64,000 nucleotides of DNA from Octopus sinensis (GCF_006345805.1 NC_043001.1:100006001-100070000), one strand, 5' to 3'. Shown: positions 1 through 13,256, counted from the first letter of the stretch. A program made the numbers and translations. The notes: generated by a model from the letters alone, not told the origin.

Positions 1-49
1 ATGCTTCTTCTGGAGTTTACTTATTGCTGACTGCTACTAAATATCTGCC

Positions 50-235
50 AACTGTGACGGAGTCTCTATGTGGCTGCTCCATCTGTAAGAAGGAACAATA
101 AAATCTGCCACAAATCATTTTGAAAAAGAAAGAGCACACTGATAAATGAAAAAGGCAGATTGTCGCAGCTGAAATGCCTTTAACGAGGGGTCTGCTCTAT
201 CAAGGCTGACCTACAGCTAAACATCAACAACTGCT
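50..235 (+). mobile_element. Decayed SINE-like interspersed repeat (family D)
   Basis: Shares motifs (...gctgaaatgccttt...ggtctgctc..tcaaggctgacct..gctaaac.aacaac) with related copies at about 27210-27400, 28130-28310 and 32170-32420 (minus). Confidence 0.55.
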
Positions 236-1695
236 GCAATTAAACCCACCAGCACTACTCATCCTGTACACCGCCCCCGCCTATCACTGTGTACATTATA
301 TAGTACAGAGTTGTGATTATACTGAGTTCATCTTCACCCTCATTGCCATCTTCAACAACAACAGCAACAACATCAATTCCATTGATGCTATCATCAAGTC
401 AATAGCGCCATAATAGTTATTCTGCTTCTGAGAAAGATTTATTCTTTTATTGATATTAATTCCTTTTGGCATAGGAAAAAAAACTACATCAGAGAAAGCT
501 TTAGAAGTCAGCGGCATATTGATTCTCAAGAGTAAAACAAAGACCTAAAAACTGGTCTGTAAAGGAGGGTGGCGGAGAGGGGAGAGATTAAAATTTCAAA
601 CGATTTCTTTTTTATCAAATATTTGATAATTTCATTTCATAATGAAGCTTTCTAAAATGTATAAAAATATTTATTCTTTAAATTAACACTTTTTGCAGTT
701 AATGTGGCTTTTTTTCTCAGTTTAGTTCTAAAGTAGCCCCACAATGAAATTAGTTCTAAATATAGAAAGTGAGGTGGTGGTGATGGGGATTGTCAACCAC
801 CCTTACTTGTCTTAGATCATAAAAAATCATTTTAAGTGTTTTAAACTGAATTTCTCCAGCTTGTTATCAGCACTGAACACATCTCTAAAGATACAATTTT
901 TTTCTTTTTTCTTTTTTTTTTTGGGAAGGAAACAAAAATGCAACCATTTAATTCTCTGCTCCCCAAATTGTACCAAAAAAAAAAAAAACCCCAAAAAACA
1001 AAAATCATTCACTCTATAATTTCCTTCACTCACTAGTGTTGCATATTCCTTTGGTCTAATTTTACAAGTCACTGAAGAAATTATTTGATTTTCATCACTT
1101 TAACTAAACTGGAAGTTGGGTTTAGTAACTTTAGATTTTCATACTTTTGATAAAATAAAAGTGATATTCTTGCAAGGTGGACGTTAACCATTGTAGCTAC
1201 ACTTGTTCACTAAAAGAAAGCAAAGCTGGTTAGTTATGTAGTTTTAACATTACTGATAAAGATAATAGCATAAAAATAGTCTTAAAAAATCACTGAAGCC
1301 AAAATGTTTTGAATGTCAATAGTTGATATTTTATCTGTTATTGTTAGCTGTAGGCATTCCAATTGATAATGCTTTTGAGAAAAACTGGTTGTGATTATCA
1401 CAGATTCTCATTTTTGTTAGTCTAAGAAATTAATGTACACAATTTGATGAGTAAAAGAAACAGCTTAATAATATGCTTACTAATCTTGAAAACGAAACAG
1501 AAAATGTTGAAGCACAAGATATCTTCAGATACTGTTCAGTAAGACCGGCTGAGACAAACATTACCCCAACAGGAAGTAATGTCTTACACATAAAATATTA
1601 TAACTCCGGATGTGTTTTGATAGATTAAACAAAAAGAATCTTTGAGAGGGCCTTAAAGTTTTCACACACACACACTAATTTAATTCCTTGCTACA

Positions 1696-1740
<45 letters not shown>

Positions 1741-1744
1741 ATGT

Positions 1745-2190
1745 ATATCATCATCATCTTCACTGTTTAACATATGTTTCCCATGCTGACATGGGTTGGA
1801 CAGTTTGACAGGGGCTGGCCAGCCGGGGAGCTGTCCAGACTCCCATTGTCTGACGTGGCATGGTTTCTGTGGCTGGGTGATACCCTTCCTAATGCCAACC
1901 ACTTTACAGGGTGTGTGCTGGGTGCATTTTATGTGGAACTGGCATGGCTGCACTTATGCATCAATGGCACGAATGCATTTTATGTGCCACTGGTACCTGT
2001 AAAGAGCAAACCTGTATGAATAGACGACAGCAATTTAACTTAGCTTCACACGTCTTCTCAAGTGCAACAAACTGCCATAACTCCTGCTCCCTTGCCATTT
2101 CCTCATGGAGGCTCAGAGTTGGAAGATCCTTTCTCAGTACTTCATCCAACATCATCTTGGGTCTACCCCTTTCACAGGTTCCCTACACTA
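1745..2190 (-). mobile_element. RTE-clade LINE 3' end: C-terminal peptide plus 3' UTR and (GAT)n tail
   Basis: ORF 1961-2155 MMLDEVLRKDLPTLSLHEEMAREQELW resembles the RTE C-terminus. It is followed by the ccaacccatgccagcatggaaa...gatgatg tail shared with many copies in this window. Confidence 0.8.
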
Positions 2191-2260
2191 TTAGTATATT
2201 GTGTATGTGTGTGTATCTATCTATCTATCTGTATCTTTCTACATATATATACATTATATA

Positions 2261-2305
<45 letters not shown>

Positions 2306-2309
<4 letters not shown>

Positions 2310-2924
2310 CATATCAAAGGGAAATGGAATTTAATTAAAATTAAAAACATTCAATTAAAATTTACCTTTCCAGTGGTCTAACGCGTAAAAAATATTAGTC
2401 AAAAAGACTATATATTAGTCATACAATATAGTGTATATTTAAACACATAGAGAATCCACTTATAGGGATTCTGCACGCTAGAAAGAACAGCTAAATTCTA
2501 TAACCACAAAAAAAAAATTCGGGATAAAATTCGACATGAATAAATTTGGAAATGAAAAACATTTACCATCTAGTTTCCTGGACCAATTGGTTTCTAATCA
2601 TCTTTTAGTGAGTCATGGAGAACTCACAAGGTTTGATTTTCTTCAGCAGGTCCAACCTAGTGTTAAACATATCCACACGAAGACAAACAAGGCTACCTGT
2701 CTCGCGTTTATACAAACTAACTTTTCAAATTTACTGTGCAGATGCAGTCCTTCGTTGGCTACAATAAAAAACCGCCAACTTTTAGCCGAAAATTATCCAA
2801 AAACTTACAGTATTTAATCATATCAAAGGGAAATGGAATTTACATTTCCAGTGGTCTAACGCGTAAAAAGATTTTAGTCAAAAAGATTTTATATCAGTCA
2901 TACAATATAGTGTATATTTAAACA
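2306..2924 (-). mobile_element. Non-coding Penelope-like/retrozyme-like element with partial tandem (direct) repeat and a hammerhead motif
   Basis: Direct repeats at 2306-2445 and 2815-2924 (offset 509 bp; copy 1 has a ~30 bp A/T-rich insertion). HHR fold between them; (TA)n tract on the left flank. Confidence 0.7.
2577..2650 (-). ncRNA. Type I hammerhead ribozyme motif
   Basis: Minus strand reads CCTG-CTGAAGA-A.AATCA...TGATT.A-GAAA-CCAATTGG-TC-CAGG. Stem I CCTG/CAGG, core CUGAAGA and GAAA, palindromic stem III ACCAATTGGT, GUC triplet; A.A mismatch at the base of stem II. Confidence 0.8.
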
Positions 2925-3534
2925 AAGATATAACAAGGACCTCTGACAGTCAGCATTTTTATGCAGTATATAGTTCCAAGTAAAGCTGATTTAGCTGATT
3001 TTTGCAGCACACCAAGATTGTAGGGTATTTCTGAAGTGTCCTATTTTTAAGGGTAGTAGATTTCTAGAATCATTAGAGTATTGGGCAAAATGCTTTGTGG
3101 TATTTCTTATGACTTTGTTTTGAGTTTAAATCTTGTTGAAATCATCTTTGATGTTCATTCTTCTGGGATTGATAGAAATAAAATACTTGCAAGTATTGAA
3201 ATTGATGCTCTCAACTAATTCTCTTTCCAAAAGTCAGACTTAGTTAATTTTTTTACCACTCATGTTTTTCTTCACTCTGTGAGACATGATTTATTGAAGT
3301 ATTACCAAATGAAATGCTCTTCAATAATTACCTAAGGAAAGCAGCTTGCCATCAATACCCAGGGATAGATAGCAAAAAAAAAAAAAGAATAAAAATTCAC
3401 AATCTTAGAATTTTATTTACACATATTTTCACATCCCAAATGGCTGCCAAACGTAATTATGTCACAAGACTGAACAATGGTATAGAGAAAAGAAATAAAT
3501 AAAAATTTAAAGGAAAGAAAAACGGGGGGGGGGG

Positions 3535-3700
3535 CATAGACGTGTGTGTGTGGTTAAGAAGCTCACTTTGTGATCATGTAGTTTCAAGTTCAGTCCCATT
3601 GCTTAGCATCTTGAGCAAGTGTCTTCTGCTGTAGTCCCAGACCAAGCAATTCCTTGAGAGTGAATTTGGGAAACAGAAACTGTGTAGAGACTGCTGCGTG
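3535..3700 (+). mobile_element. tRNA-derived SINE family A, 5' part, decayed
   Basis: gtggttaagaagctc...aagttcagtccc...cttgagcaagtgtcttct matches the head of the copies at 9831 and 52372. Confidence 0.75.
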
Positions 3701-3722
3701 TGTGAGGTGAGTGTTGTTATCA

Positions 3723-3824
3723 TTAGGCCTAACTCATCGTGAAGTAAATACCACCATGAATGAGATCCAAACTACAGTGGAGAAGGTCAGCCACTGGATT
3801 TGCTTAAAAAGAGACAATGAGTGA
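3723..3824 (+). mobile_element. C-terminal remnant of a HERO/NeSL-like RLE non-LTR retrotransposon
   Basis: Translates LGLTHREVNTTMNEIQTTVEKVSHWICLKRDNE*, resembling the 'LG...EEAE.aS.WLWLKR.D' terminus of HERO-like elements (recognised from memory). Confidence 0.5.
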
Positions 3825-5479
3825 AGGCTAGAAGAATGTTGAGCTTTATTTAATAACCAGTTGATCTAGCAAGCAGGGCTTTGTATCAGTGAAGGGGATC
3901 GGTATGCAATGAAGCCATTGAGAGGTAGGTCCCGAAATGGCATGCATTCTCTCTTGATGATCCCATACACTTGCTGGCTTCCAGTATGTGGAGCTTTCGA
4001 CTGGTAGCACTTGCATGTGCAAGTTATTTGCAAAACATCTATAAGATGATGATGATGATGATGCAAAAGATAGATTATTGGTAAAATTAAAACTAAGACA
4101 AAATAAAGTAGTGTAAAGAAATTAGAGTTTTTCAACACCAAATATCGCACAAACTGCTTACTGATGCACCTAGTTGCACCCATCCACAATTTGAGAAATG
4201 GTTATGTCTTACTGAACACAAACAGCACTCTAACTCAACCTGAAACGTAATCTTCCAGGTTTTATGTCTTTTAGTTATATCTTGCTTTTCTTAATGTGTA
4301 TATACTTGCACACTTTTGTTTACTCATGTCCGAGCATTTGTGCATGTATACATGTGTATGTACATACAGATATTGAGTACTTTTAATATATTAATATGTC
4401 CTTCCATATAAAGTATTTTCACCCCTCCCTTCCTATTTGTAATCCTGCCTTTCTTCACACTCCTTCTGTCTTTTCCTTTCCTTTGTATCGTGTAGTGAAT
4501 GTTTCATGTTTTCTATCTCATTGAATTCTTTGTCTCTAATCAAGACACCATTATTATTTTATATGAGATTTTAATGAAAATGGAATTCAAACAAAAATTA
4601 ATAAATAAAATGTCTATTTAGTTGAACTACTATTTAAGGACAAAGAATGAAAACAAAGAAAGTGACTTCAGATTATGAAATCGTAAGCAAAGTATTTCCA
4701 GTACAAAAAATATATTAAAAAAATGGACTCAAAATATATTAAAAGCCATTGATCAATTATTGATTTTACTGAAAAACAAAAGAAAGAGTCTGGTAAAAAC
4801 AGTGCTGGCCTGTAATGACAAAAATAATTATGTGAAGATTATTAATTTGGATATGTTTCTATACCTTGCAGAGATGAAAATTTTTGACATTACAGAGAAA
4901 AGTAAGAACGTCTTTTACTCTGACTAATCTATTTATTTGAAATGTTATGATTCTCATCTCTCCAGCAAATCCAAACCTACACTGTTCAAAATGACATCAT
5001 TTAATTTGAGAGCAAAATTGACTCAACAAATTCTGACCTATTTTCAAAATGCTTCCATATCTTTTTGCTGTTCTTATATCACTACATAAATGCTTAAACC
5101 GCTTCCATTTTCTCACCCTTTTAGTTCTTTCTCAGATGTTTACCATCAAGACACATTAGTAAATATATGGTCTTGTGGTTTTCCTTCAGAACTATAAACC
5201 TTAGCTCCTGTTGCTATTGGTATAAAGTTCACATAGCATTCGTTCTGACTCTTGATACTGAATTCAAATCCTGCTGAGGTTAATTTTGCTGTTTATCTTT
5301 TCAGGGTCAATAAAAAGCACTGACCTTGTGGGAATGTTGAACTGGAGGCATGTGTATATACATACACACAGCTGAACCCCTCTTATATCTCCCACCTTAC
5401 CCACCTACATACTAAGTATTTCCCATCATCTGTAACCCAGCCCCTAATACGCTAACCCCTACCTCAACCTGTTTACTCC

Positions 5480-5700
5480 TTATCATTAACATGTAAAAAG
5501 CATCCGATACATTCTGTAAAGTGATTGGCATCAGGAAGAGCATCCAGCCTCAGAAACCATGCCAGAGACAACAGTCTTGTGGCTCAACACAGCCCTACAG
5601 GCTGACATAGCCTTGCAGCTTGTTTGTTCCTGTCAAACTGTCCAATCCATGCCAGCATGAAAAACAGACATTAAATCATGATGATGATGATGGTGGTGAT
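5480..5700 (+). mobile_element. RTE-tailed short element (family C), 3' part
   Basis: ggcatcaggaagagcatccagc...ctgtcaaactgtccaatccatgccagcatgaaaaacagacattaaatcatgatgatgat. Confidence 0.8.
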
Positions 5701-7609
5701 ATATATGTATGTATATATCAATTAACAAATGACCAAAAGCAGGAATTACACAATCCCTTTTACTATCTTACAGCTATAAGGAAGAAACTTGCACCCAAAG
5801 ATGAGTGCTTGTATGATGTTTTATAACTCCCTCAGAGCCATTTAAATGAAGTGTATGATCATTGCAGAAAACATTTAAAGAGATAGAATTGGTTATAGGT
5901 AGAACCTTGGTAAATTAGTTTCTTACTTTGTCTGCTAAATTTTCTCAATATGATCAAAACAAGATAAGCATCACAACAAAAATGAAAAATAAAACAAATC
6001 TGGGGTTTTACTTATCCATTTTTCATTTTCCTCATCAAAGCTTTAAACTTTTTCAAAAGGCTTTATGTATAATACAATACATAGCACATCACTTTGTCTG
6101 CATTCAGCGCCTTCACTCAGCTGGTAATTATTTATTTTTTTTGCATAATGATCAAGGTTTAATTTTACCAAAAGTGAAGATAATTAATTTTCTGGTACTA
6201 AATACAGGAAAATTTTGTTGAAAATACGACTTGCATAACAAAGTCCAGAATGCTGTAGAAGTTTTTAAAGCTTATTTTTTTCTCTAGAACTGCAACATTC
6301 TAATGTACCAATCCTTTCTACATTTAATCTCAAAAACAATCTATAACAATCCGAAATAAATCTTAACCAAATAACAATATCCAAGATATTCCTCTCTTCC
6401 AATCTAATTAGACATTACCTATCTTCTCTGGACTAACACAGAAAAAATTTTAAATTTCTATGATAAAAAATATTTTTTTAAATGCAAAAATACAGGATCA
6501 CAGGTGTAACCACACAACAATTGATGAAATGCAGTCCTCACCAAAGAACACAGCTCTGTGCATACAACTATTCATCATTTGACCATTACAGCATAGAACT
6601 GACTAAATAAACACCAGCAGTGTCTAACATTGGCACAAAGTCACAATATATAAACATTAGTTATATCAGTTGTAAAATAAATATTTTGATTCCAAATATA
6701 TATAACTGATACACAACCCAGTACAGATGTATTAGCAGTCCAGAATCTTGCGAGAAAAGGGCAAGAAAAATAGTAAAAATAAAAAGCAAGCATTAATCAC
6801 AGCAGAAATAGTTACAAACATGGAACAATTATAAAGCATTCATGCTTGTGAATAAAATATTGGAGAATGAAATAAGAAAACAAAAAGTAAATATAAGAGA
6901 AAAAAAACAAACGAAGACAAAAAAAATCAAGCTATGAAGAAAACAACGTGAGGATACTGAAGACTGAAAGACAAAGAGTTGTTAATCTTGTAAGATGGTA
7001 ATTGCATCAAAACAGGACGGATGTTTTTGTAAATAATTCCCTGTTGGTGTAAATTGCATAGTTTCAACAACTGTTTCTCTCCTTCTGGAGATTTTAGCCA
7101 GTGGGCATTTCCTATGCTTATGGATACAGACTGGCTGGTTTGTAGGACTGGCCTGGTGTTGGCATAATAGTGTAACCAGAATGACAAGGAAATTGAGTGG
7201 CTGCTGGTGAGCTGGCCAAGCAGGACTATAAAATAAATGATGGGGAAAGCAGCAAAGTGTGGAACTACAATGATGAGGATGATGATGATGATGATAATTC
7301 ACCAAGGAAAATGAGAAGAGGCAGGCAAGTAATCAAACAAAAGATCATTATACAAAAAAAAAAAAAAAATGAAAAGAGAGATTAACAAAGGAAAGGAAAT
7401 TTCCATCAATATCACTGAGGTATATATCATTGCTGCTCTACTGCTACTGCTGCTACTACTACTGCTGCTGCTGCTACTAGTACTGCTACTGCTTCCTGTT
7501 GTGGAAGTTGTAACAGCAATAACATTAAGTAATGTGGGTGGGGCAATAATATGAAAGAAAGTGATGGTATAAGTGAAATTACTGATAATGTCTGGAGCCT
7601 CAAAGTGAG

Positions 7610-7668
7610 TGGTAATAATAATAATAATAATAATAACAATAATAATGATGATGATGATGATGATGATG

Positions 7669-7699
<31 letters not shown>

Positions 7700-7743
7700 T
7701 AATAATAATAACAATACTAATAATAACAATAATAATAATGATG

Positions 7744-7774
<31 letters not shown>

Positions 7775-7815
7775 TAATAATAACAAAACTAATAATAACA
7801 ATAATAATAATGATA
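7610..7815. repeat. (AAT)n/(GAT)n/(AAC) trinucleotide microsatellite field
   Basis: Seen directly; source of the poly-N, poly-I and poly-L ORFs. Confidence 0.97.
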
Positions 7816-7826
7816 ATCTTTTCTGC

Positions 7827-8020
7827 TATAAACACAAGGCCTGAAATTTTGGAGGAGGGAAGTATCGATGACATTGACCCCCAGCATTTCACTGGTACTT
7901 TATTTATCGACCCTGAAAGGATGAAAGGCAAAGTCAACCCGAACAGCATCAGAAAGTAACGGCAGATGAAATACCACCAAGCATTTTTCTTGGTGTGCTA
8001 ACAGTTCTGCCAGTTCACCA
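7827..8020 (-). mobile_element. tRNA-derived SINE family B
   Basis: Reverse complement of the ...ctttgcctttcatcc.tt.ggggtcgataaat.aagtaccagt... block seen on the plus strand at 63471-63697. Confidence 0.8.
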
Positions 8021-8047
8021 ACTAATAATAATAATAATAATAATAAT

Positions 8048-8832
8048 CAAATTAAAAGAGCAGGAAACAACACGGAGGTGGCTTAACAAGGGTGACCTAA
8101 AGAAGAATACCAAAAGCCTAATCATCACTGCCCAGGAACAGGCATTGAAAAAGGATAGATATCACACAAGTGCAACAGACCTCTACAGAATGTGTGGGAA
8201 GAGGGTCAAAAGTGTGACTCACATTGTTAGTGCTTGTGAAAGTCTTGTTCAGAAAGAGTACATGCGTAGACACGACAAAGTAGCCCAAAACCTCCACTGG
8301 CTACTATGCCATAAGTACGGATATGAGGTTATGGGTACTTGGTACCAACATAACTTGAAAAAGGAAATGGATGAAAAAAGGCAGGCAAAAATCCTCTGGG
8401 ACTTTGACTTCCAGACAGACAAAGTATTTGGGTACTGAAGGCTGGATATAGTAACCATTAGGAGGAACAAGCAAGAGCTCTTAATAACTGACGTGGCAGT
8501 GCCAGGAGATCAACATATCATCATGAAAGGAAGAGAAAAGGTTGATAAATATGGAGACCTGAGAATTGAGATTGTTAAGATGTGGTAGCTATGAGAGTCA
8601 TCGGAGCATTAGGTTCAATAGCACCCAATCTAAAAAAAACATCTGAAAACTTTAGAAATACCCTACAGTCTAGGTTTATTGCAAACGTCGGCATTACTTG
8701 GAACTGCACGCATATTGCGTAATGTACTGTCTGTCTGAGGTCCCTTTTTGTGACTTGACAAACAGTACGAACCCTGGTAGACACCATATCTTTAATCAAC
8801 AGCCTCATGATATTGTATACTGTGCACACATC
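8048..8832 (+). mobile_element. 5'-truncated R4/Dong-clade non-LTR retrotransposon: zinc knuckle, restriction-like endonuclease and 3' UTR
   Basis: ...YRMCGKRVKSVTHIVSAC...RRHDKVAQNLHW...ILWDFDFQTD...RLDIV...ITDVAVP...EKVDKY...SALLGTAHILRNVL*, with stops. Flanked by (TAA)n on both sides. Confidence 0.9.
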
Positions 8833-9396
8833 TATAATAATGATAATAAGGAAAAGAAGAAGAACAACAGCAACAGCAGCAGTAGTAAGGTTTAGTAGTA
8901 TCAACAATAGTAATGAGTAATTCTGAAGCTGATAGTAGTACTAGTAGCAGCAATAGGTGAAGTAGAGAAGAACAGTTAGTTGTCAATGAACTAAAGCCAC
9001 AACACACTGAATTTTTCATTACTGATACACATGGTGCTGGGCATCAATATCACCACATCTCAACTGCAATTTTGTCATCATAACTAGCATCATCATTTTC
9101 ATCATAAGCAGCAGCAGCAGTAGTAGCAGTAGCAGCTGCAAGGAAGCAAAAGTAAAAAGAGAGGAAAGGAAAGAGAAAAGAGAGCTTGTCAGTGATGTAT
9201 TCAGAATGAAGAAGTTATAAGGCAGAGAGAGAGAGAGAGAGAGAGAGAATAAGGGGTTTGTGGCCCCTGGGTTCAGTGCTAGCTAAAAGAGCAGGTGCCT
9301 GGCAAAACAGAAACAAAATAATAGAAATGTGTAATGTTTGTGGTATTAGAAGGGCATGAACAACTGCTGCTGCTGTTGCTGCTGCACATGCATAAA

Positions 9397-9399
<3 letters not shown>

Positions 9400-9472
<73 letters not shown>
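9400..9472. repeat. (TG)n(AG)n microsatellite
   Basis: Seen directly. Confidence 0.97.
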
Positions 9473-9474
<2 letters not shown>

Positions 9475-9830
9475 GCAGCGGGTGTGTGTGTGGGAGGAGC
9501 GTAGTAGGAGAGAAAGGAGATATATAGGGGTAACTTATTAAGTGGTACATTCATTTCTAATATCAACCAATGGTCAGAAGGAAAACTTGTAGAAATAGAT
9601 ACAGACTATAACTAAGAATTGGACGACTCCCTAAGGTAGGGTTGACACAAGAAGGATCAACAAGGAAACAAGTTTTAGATTCCACACTCCAAGAATTATA
9701 ACTTCAAGTTAACCATTTGAATGATGAAAGATGCCTTCTAAAAGAAAATAGCAACAACAAAGGAATCGTCAAGAGGAAGATGGTAATATGCCGATAATCA
9801 AAATTAGGGAGAAAGTAAATCAATTAATAG

Positions 9831-10227
9831 GGGCAGGCATGACTGTGTGATAAGGAGCTTGCTTCCCAACTACATGGTTCAGGGTTCAGTCCCACTACTT
9901 GGCACCTTGGGGCAAGTGTCTTCTACTACAGCCTCAGGTCGACCAAAGCCTTGTGAGTGGATTTGGTAGACAGAAACTGAAAGAAGCCCATTGTATATGT
10001 GTGTGTGTGTGTGTGTATTTGTGTGTCTGTGTTTGTTCCACCACCATTGCTTGAGGACTGATGGTGGTGTGTTTATGTCCTCGTAACTGAGCGGTTTGGC
10101 AAAAGAGACCAATAATGTAAGCACTAGGCTTACAAAAAATAAGTTCAGGGGTCGATTTGTTTGACTAAAGGTGGTTCTCCAGCATGGCCACAGTCAAATG
10201 ACTGAAACAAGTAAAAGAATAAAAGAA
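9831..10227 (+). mobile_element. tRNA-derived SINE family A, full length
   Basis: A-box-like head, B-box GGTTCAGTCCC at 9883-9893, ttggggcaagtgtcttct domain, internal (TG)n and 3' aaacaagtaaaagaataaaag tail. Confidence 0.9.
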
Positions 10228-11394
10228 TTTTGAGCAATTTCTCTTTCACTCTAAAAGGAATAAATAAATGAATATAAGGCATGGCTTGCAAGTGCGTTTT
10301 ACATTACAAAAACAACCCAAAAGGCTACAAGGAGTCTGTAAGAATATAGATTAATACAAGTTACTTAATTTATGTGTTTGTAACCTTTAGACTGTTTGTA
10401 ATCACAGAAATCTATGAATCAAAAGGAAGCTGAACAAACAACTCAAAGAATTCTTTTAATGTTATAAATATTTAAAAAAAAAGCAGACAAAATATTCTTT
10501 ATTTTGTCTTTTGTTATTTCTTTCTCAAAATGGTTTTGACTTAAACTACCAAAAAAGAATTGTTATTCTTCTCTAAAAACAAACATTTACGAAATCGGTT
10601 TTATTTTTGCGATTTCATGTGATTTTTAAAAGTAGAAATTAAATGTGTTAATGAATGAATTACATTGATTTCATGTTTCTAGCTTTTATTTTTCTGCTAT
10701 GTTTTTAATTAAAGAAAAAAAAGAAGTTAAAAATGAACATTGTATTTTACTTGCAGAGAAACATTACTGTTTACCTTCAGTGGTGGGAACTTGGAGTTAA
10801 AAGAAAATGAAGAACTATTAATTATATCCATAAATATGCATTTAAGAAGCTTACATCACAACAAAGTGTGGCACATGGAGAAGTGTCTTTCTTCTACAGC
10901 ATTGGATTAACACTTTGCAAGTGGAATTTAGGAGATGGAAATTGTACAGGAGCTCATAATTTATATATATGAATGGGTGTATGAGTGTGTGTATGAATGT
11001 GTCTGTGTGTGTGTGTTTTAATCTCGCTTAAAACTGGTATCTCCAAAAAAGATCAAGGCATATTCTTCATTACAAATGTTATTTTAATCAATTGCTTCAC
11101 TATATTAATTAATTTAGTCTCTACTTAATATCATTATGTTCTTTATGTGGACATTACTCTTGGGCAATTTTCCATAACATTATTTTAAATTGCTTAATCA
11201 GTAAATGTTTTTTCAGCTAAAACCATATATATCCTCAGAATCACTGTATGACCTAGTAAGTACGAGAAAGATTAGACTTCACTGAAATGGTCTAATACAG
11301 TTGGAACAAGTCCATGGTTAGCATTGAATTTGACAAATATCAAAATCTCTTTACACTGGAAGCCACACCCTCTGTTTTGACAACAATTATTCTT

Positions 11395-11605
11395 TGCTAC
11401 TCTAGGCACAAAGCCCAAAATATTTGGGGGGAAGGGGACCAGTCGATTAGATTGACCCCAGTAAGCAACTGGTACTTAATTTACTGACCCTGAAAGGACA
11501 AAAGGCAAAGTTGACTTCAGTGGAATTTGAATTCAGAACGTAAAGACAAATGAAATACTGCTAAACATTTCGCCTGGAATGCTAGCGTTTCTGTCAGCTC
11601 CCCTC
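11395..11605 (-). mobile_element. tRNA-derived SINE family B
   Basis: actggtacttaatttactgaccctgaaaggacaaaaggcaaagttgac...ggaatttgaattcagaacgt, the reverse complement of the 63471 copy. Confidence 0.85.
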
Positions 11606-12739
11606 CTTCTTGAAAACAATTATTATTTAACTTAATGAACTTTTTTTTTCTATTCGTTACATGTGTAATTTTAACTAATTCAAACTGTTTTTGCCCCCTC
11701 CATACAGTACATTAGCTGCCACTATACTTCACACACACATGGCTAACTGTGATAACCCAGTTATTTGAGTGACCACTTTTGTTAGATTTCAGCTTTTGTG
11801 TTGCGTGGAACACCATTCTGCTTTCCTGGCTCTTTCTTCTTTCTAAATGTGATTGTATGTTGTAGATATTTATATTAATCATTATTAATTCCCTTTTATA
11901 TAAATCTCATTCTGCTTCATATATTGCAAAAATTCTACTTTCATTTCTAAATCTTTGTTGCCTGGCAACATTCTGAACATAGAGAAAAGTTGGTCCTGTG
12001 AGCAGAACTAATCTGCCAATGTCTGAGCTACTCTCAAAAATGCCATTTTTTCTTTCCTTTAATTCTAATTAATTTTGATATAATCGAATAAAAAATATTA
12101 CAATTTTCAAATACAAATATTCTGTTTTTCTATTTAAAACATTTTTATAATTATTTAAGTTGATTTTGTTTCTATAAAATGCAAACTGTCATCTCTTTCA
12201 TATTTTCTCTCGTTTTGCACAAATTTCTGCTTCTTTTGACATTGGTATACATGTACGTCAGCATTACGTAGTCTTTTCATCTCTTTCTTTCTATACTGTT
12301 ACACATATTTTGTTATCACCATCTAAATTTTAAAAAAATTATACATTCCTACACACACAAACAGGTACATACATACATACATACACATATGGTGGTGGTG
12401 GTGATGATGATATTATAATATATATATATAATAATAAACATATCACATGAACTTTCATAGCATTATACATGTAGGAAAAAGTGAAATGTATTAAAGCAAC
12501 AAAGTATGAGAAGTATTGTCTTTGAGAGGTGTTTATGGCAACATTTAGAGTAATAAAGCAAATGGATATTTCATGAAAATATCACACCATGACCAAAACT
12601 GAATAGAAAAAAAGAAAAAAGATGACAGTTTCTCAATGTTTGAGTATAGTGAGTAAAATTTCTCATTATTTAAGGTAGCAGAATACAATACAGGGAAAAC
12701 AGCCAACTATTTATGTGTGTGTGGTGGGGGTGGGGGAGT

Positions 12740-12875
12740 GTTAGGAAGGGCATCCAGCTGTAAAAACAATGCCAAAACAGACACAGAAACATGACACAGG
12801 CTCCTGCCTGGCCAGCTCCTGTCAAACCGTCCACCTCATGCCAGCATGGAAGGAGAACGTTAAATAATGATGATT
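12740..12875 (+). mobile_element. RTE-tailed short element (family C), 3' part
   Basis: ttaggaagggcatccagctgtaaaaac...ccatgccagcatggaaggagaacgttaaataatgatgat. Confidence 0.85.
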
Positions 12876-13218
12876 ATGTATATGTATGTATTTATGTATG
12901 TACACACACACATTCATTTGAATATCTGTGATGAAGAAATATTATTATTATTATTATTATTATTATATAGTGATGCACTTAGATTCATGTCCTCATCTTA
13001 GTTATTATATTTACAATGTTTTGTACTTCCTGACTTTCTTCATGTGTCTACCATATTTAATAATATGTCCAGTAATTTGAATTGAATCTTTTATTAAATC
13101 CATGACAGTAAATTGTTCTTGTTTTATTACTTTATTACCTACATCAAGGATATTACACCATTTGCTATTCTTCTACTTGTGATATTATTTAGTTATAAGT
13201 TCTTTCACTTGAACTAAA

Positions 13219-13256
<38 letters not shown>

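Noticed and set aside
501-544. Possible terminal exon GLCFTLENQYAADF* (minus) with a downstream AATAAA
   Set aside because: Short, no recognisable homology, and could not be joined in phase to a neighbouring exon candidate (e.g. 1036-1073).
9831-9900. tRNA-like A/B boxes here and at other SINE heads
   Set aside because: No cloverleaf or acceptor stem; these are SINE promoters, not tRNA genes.
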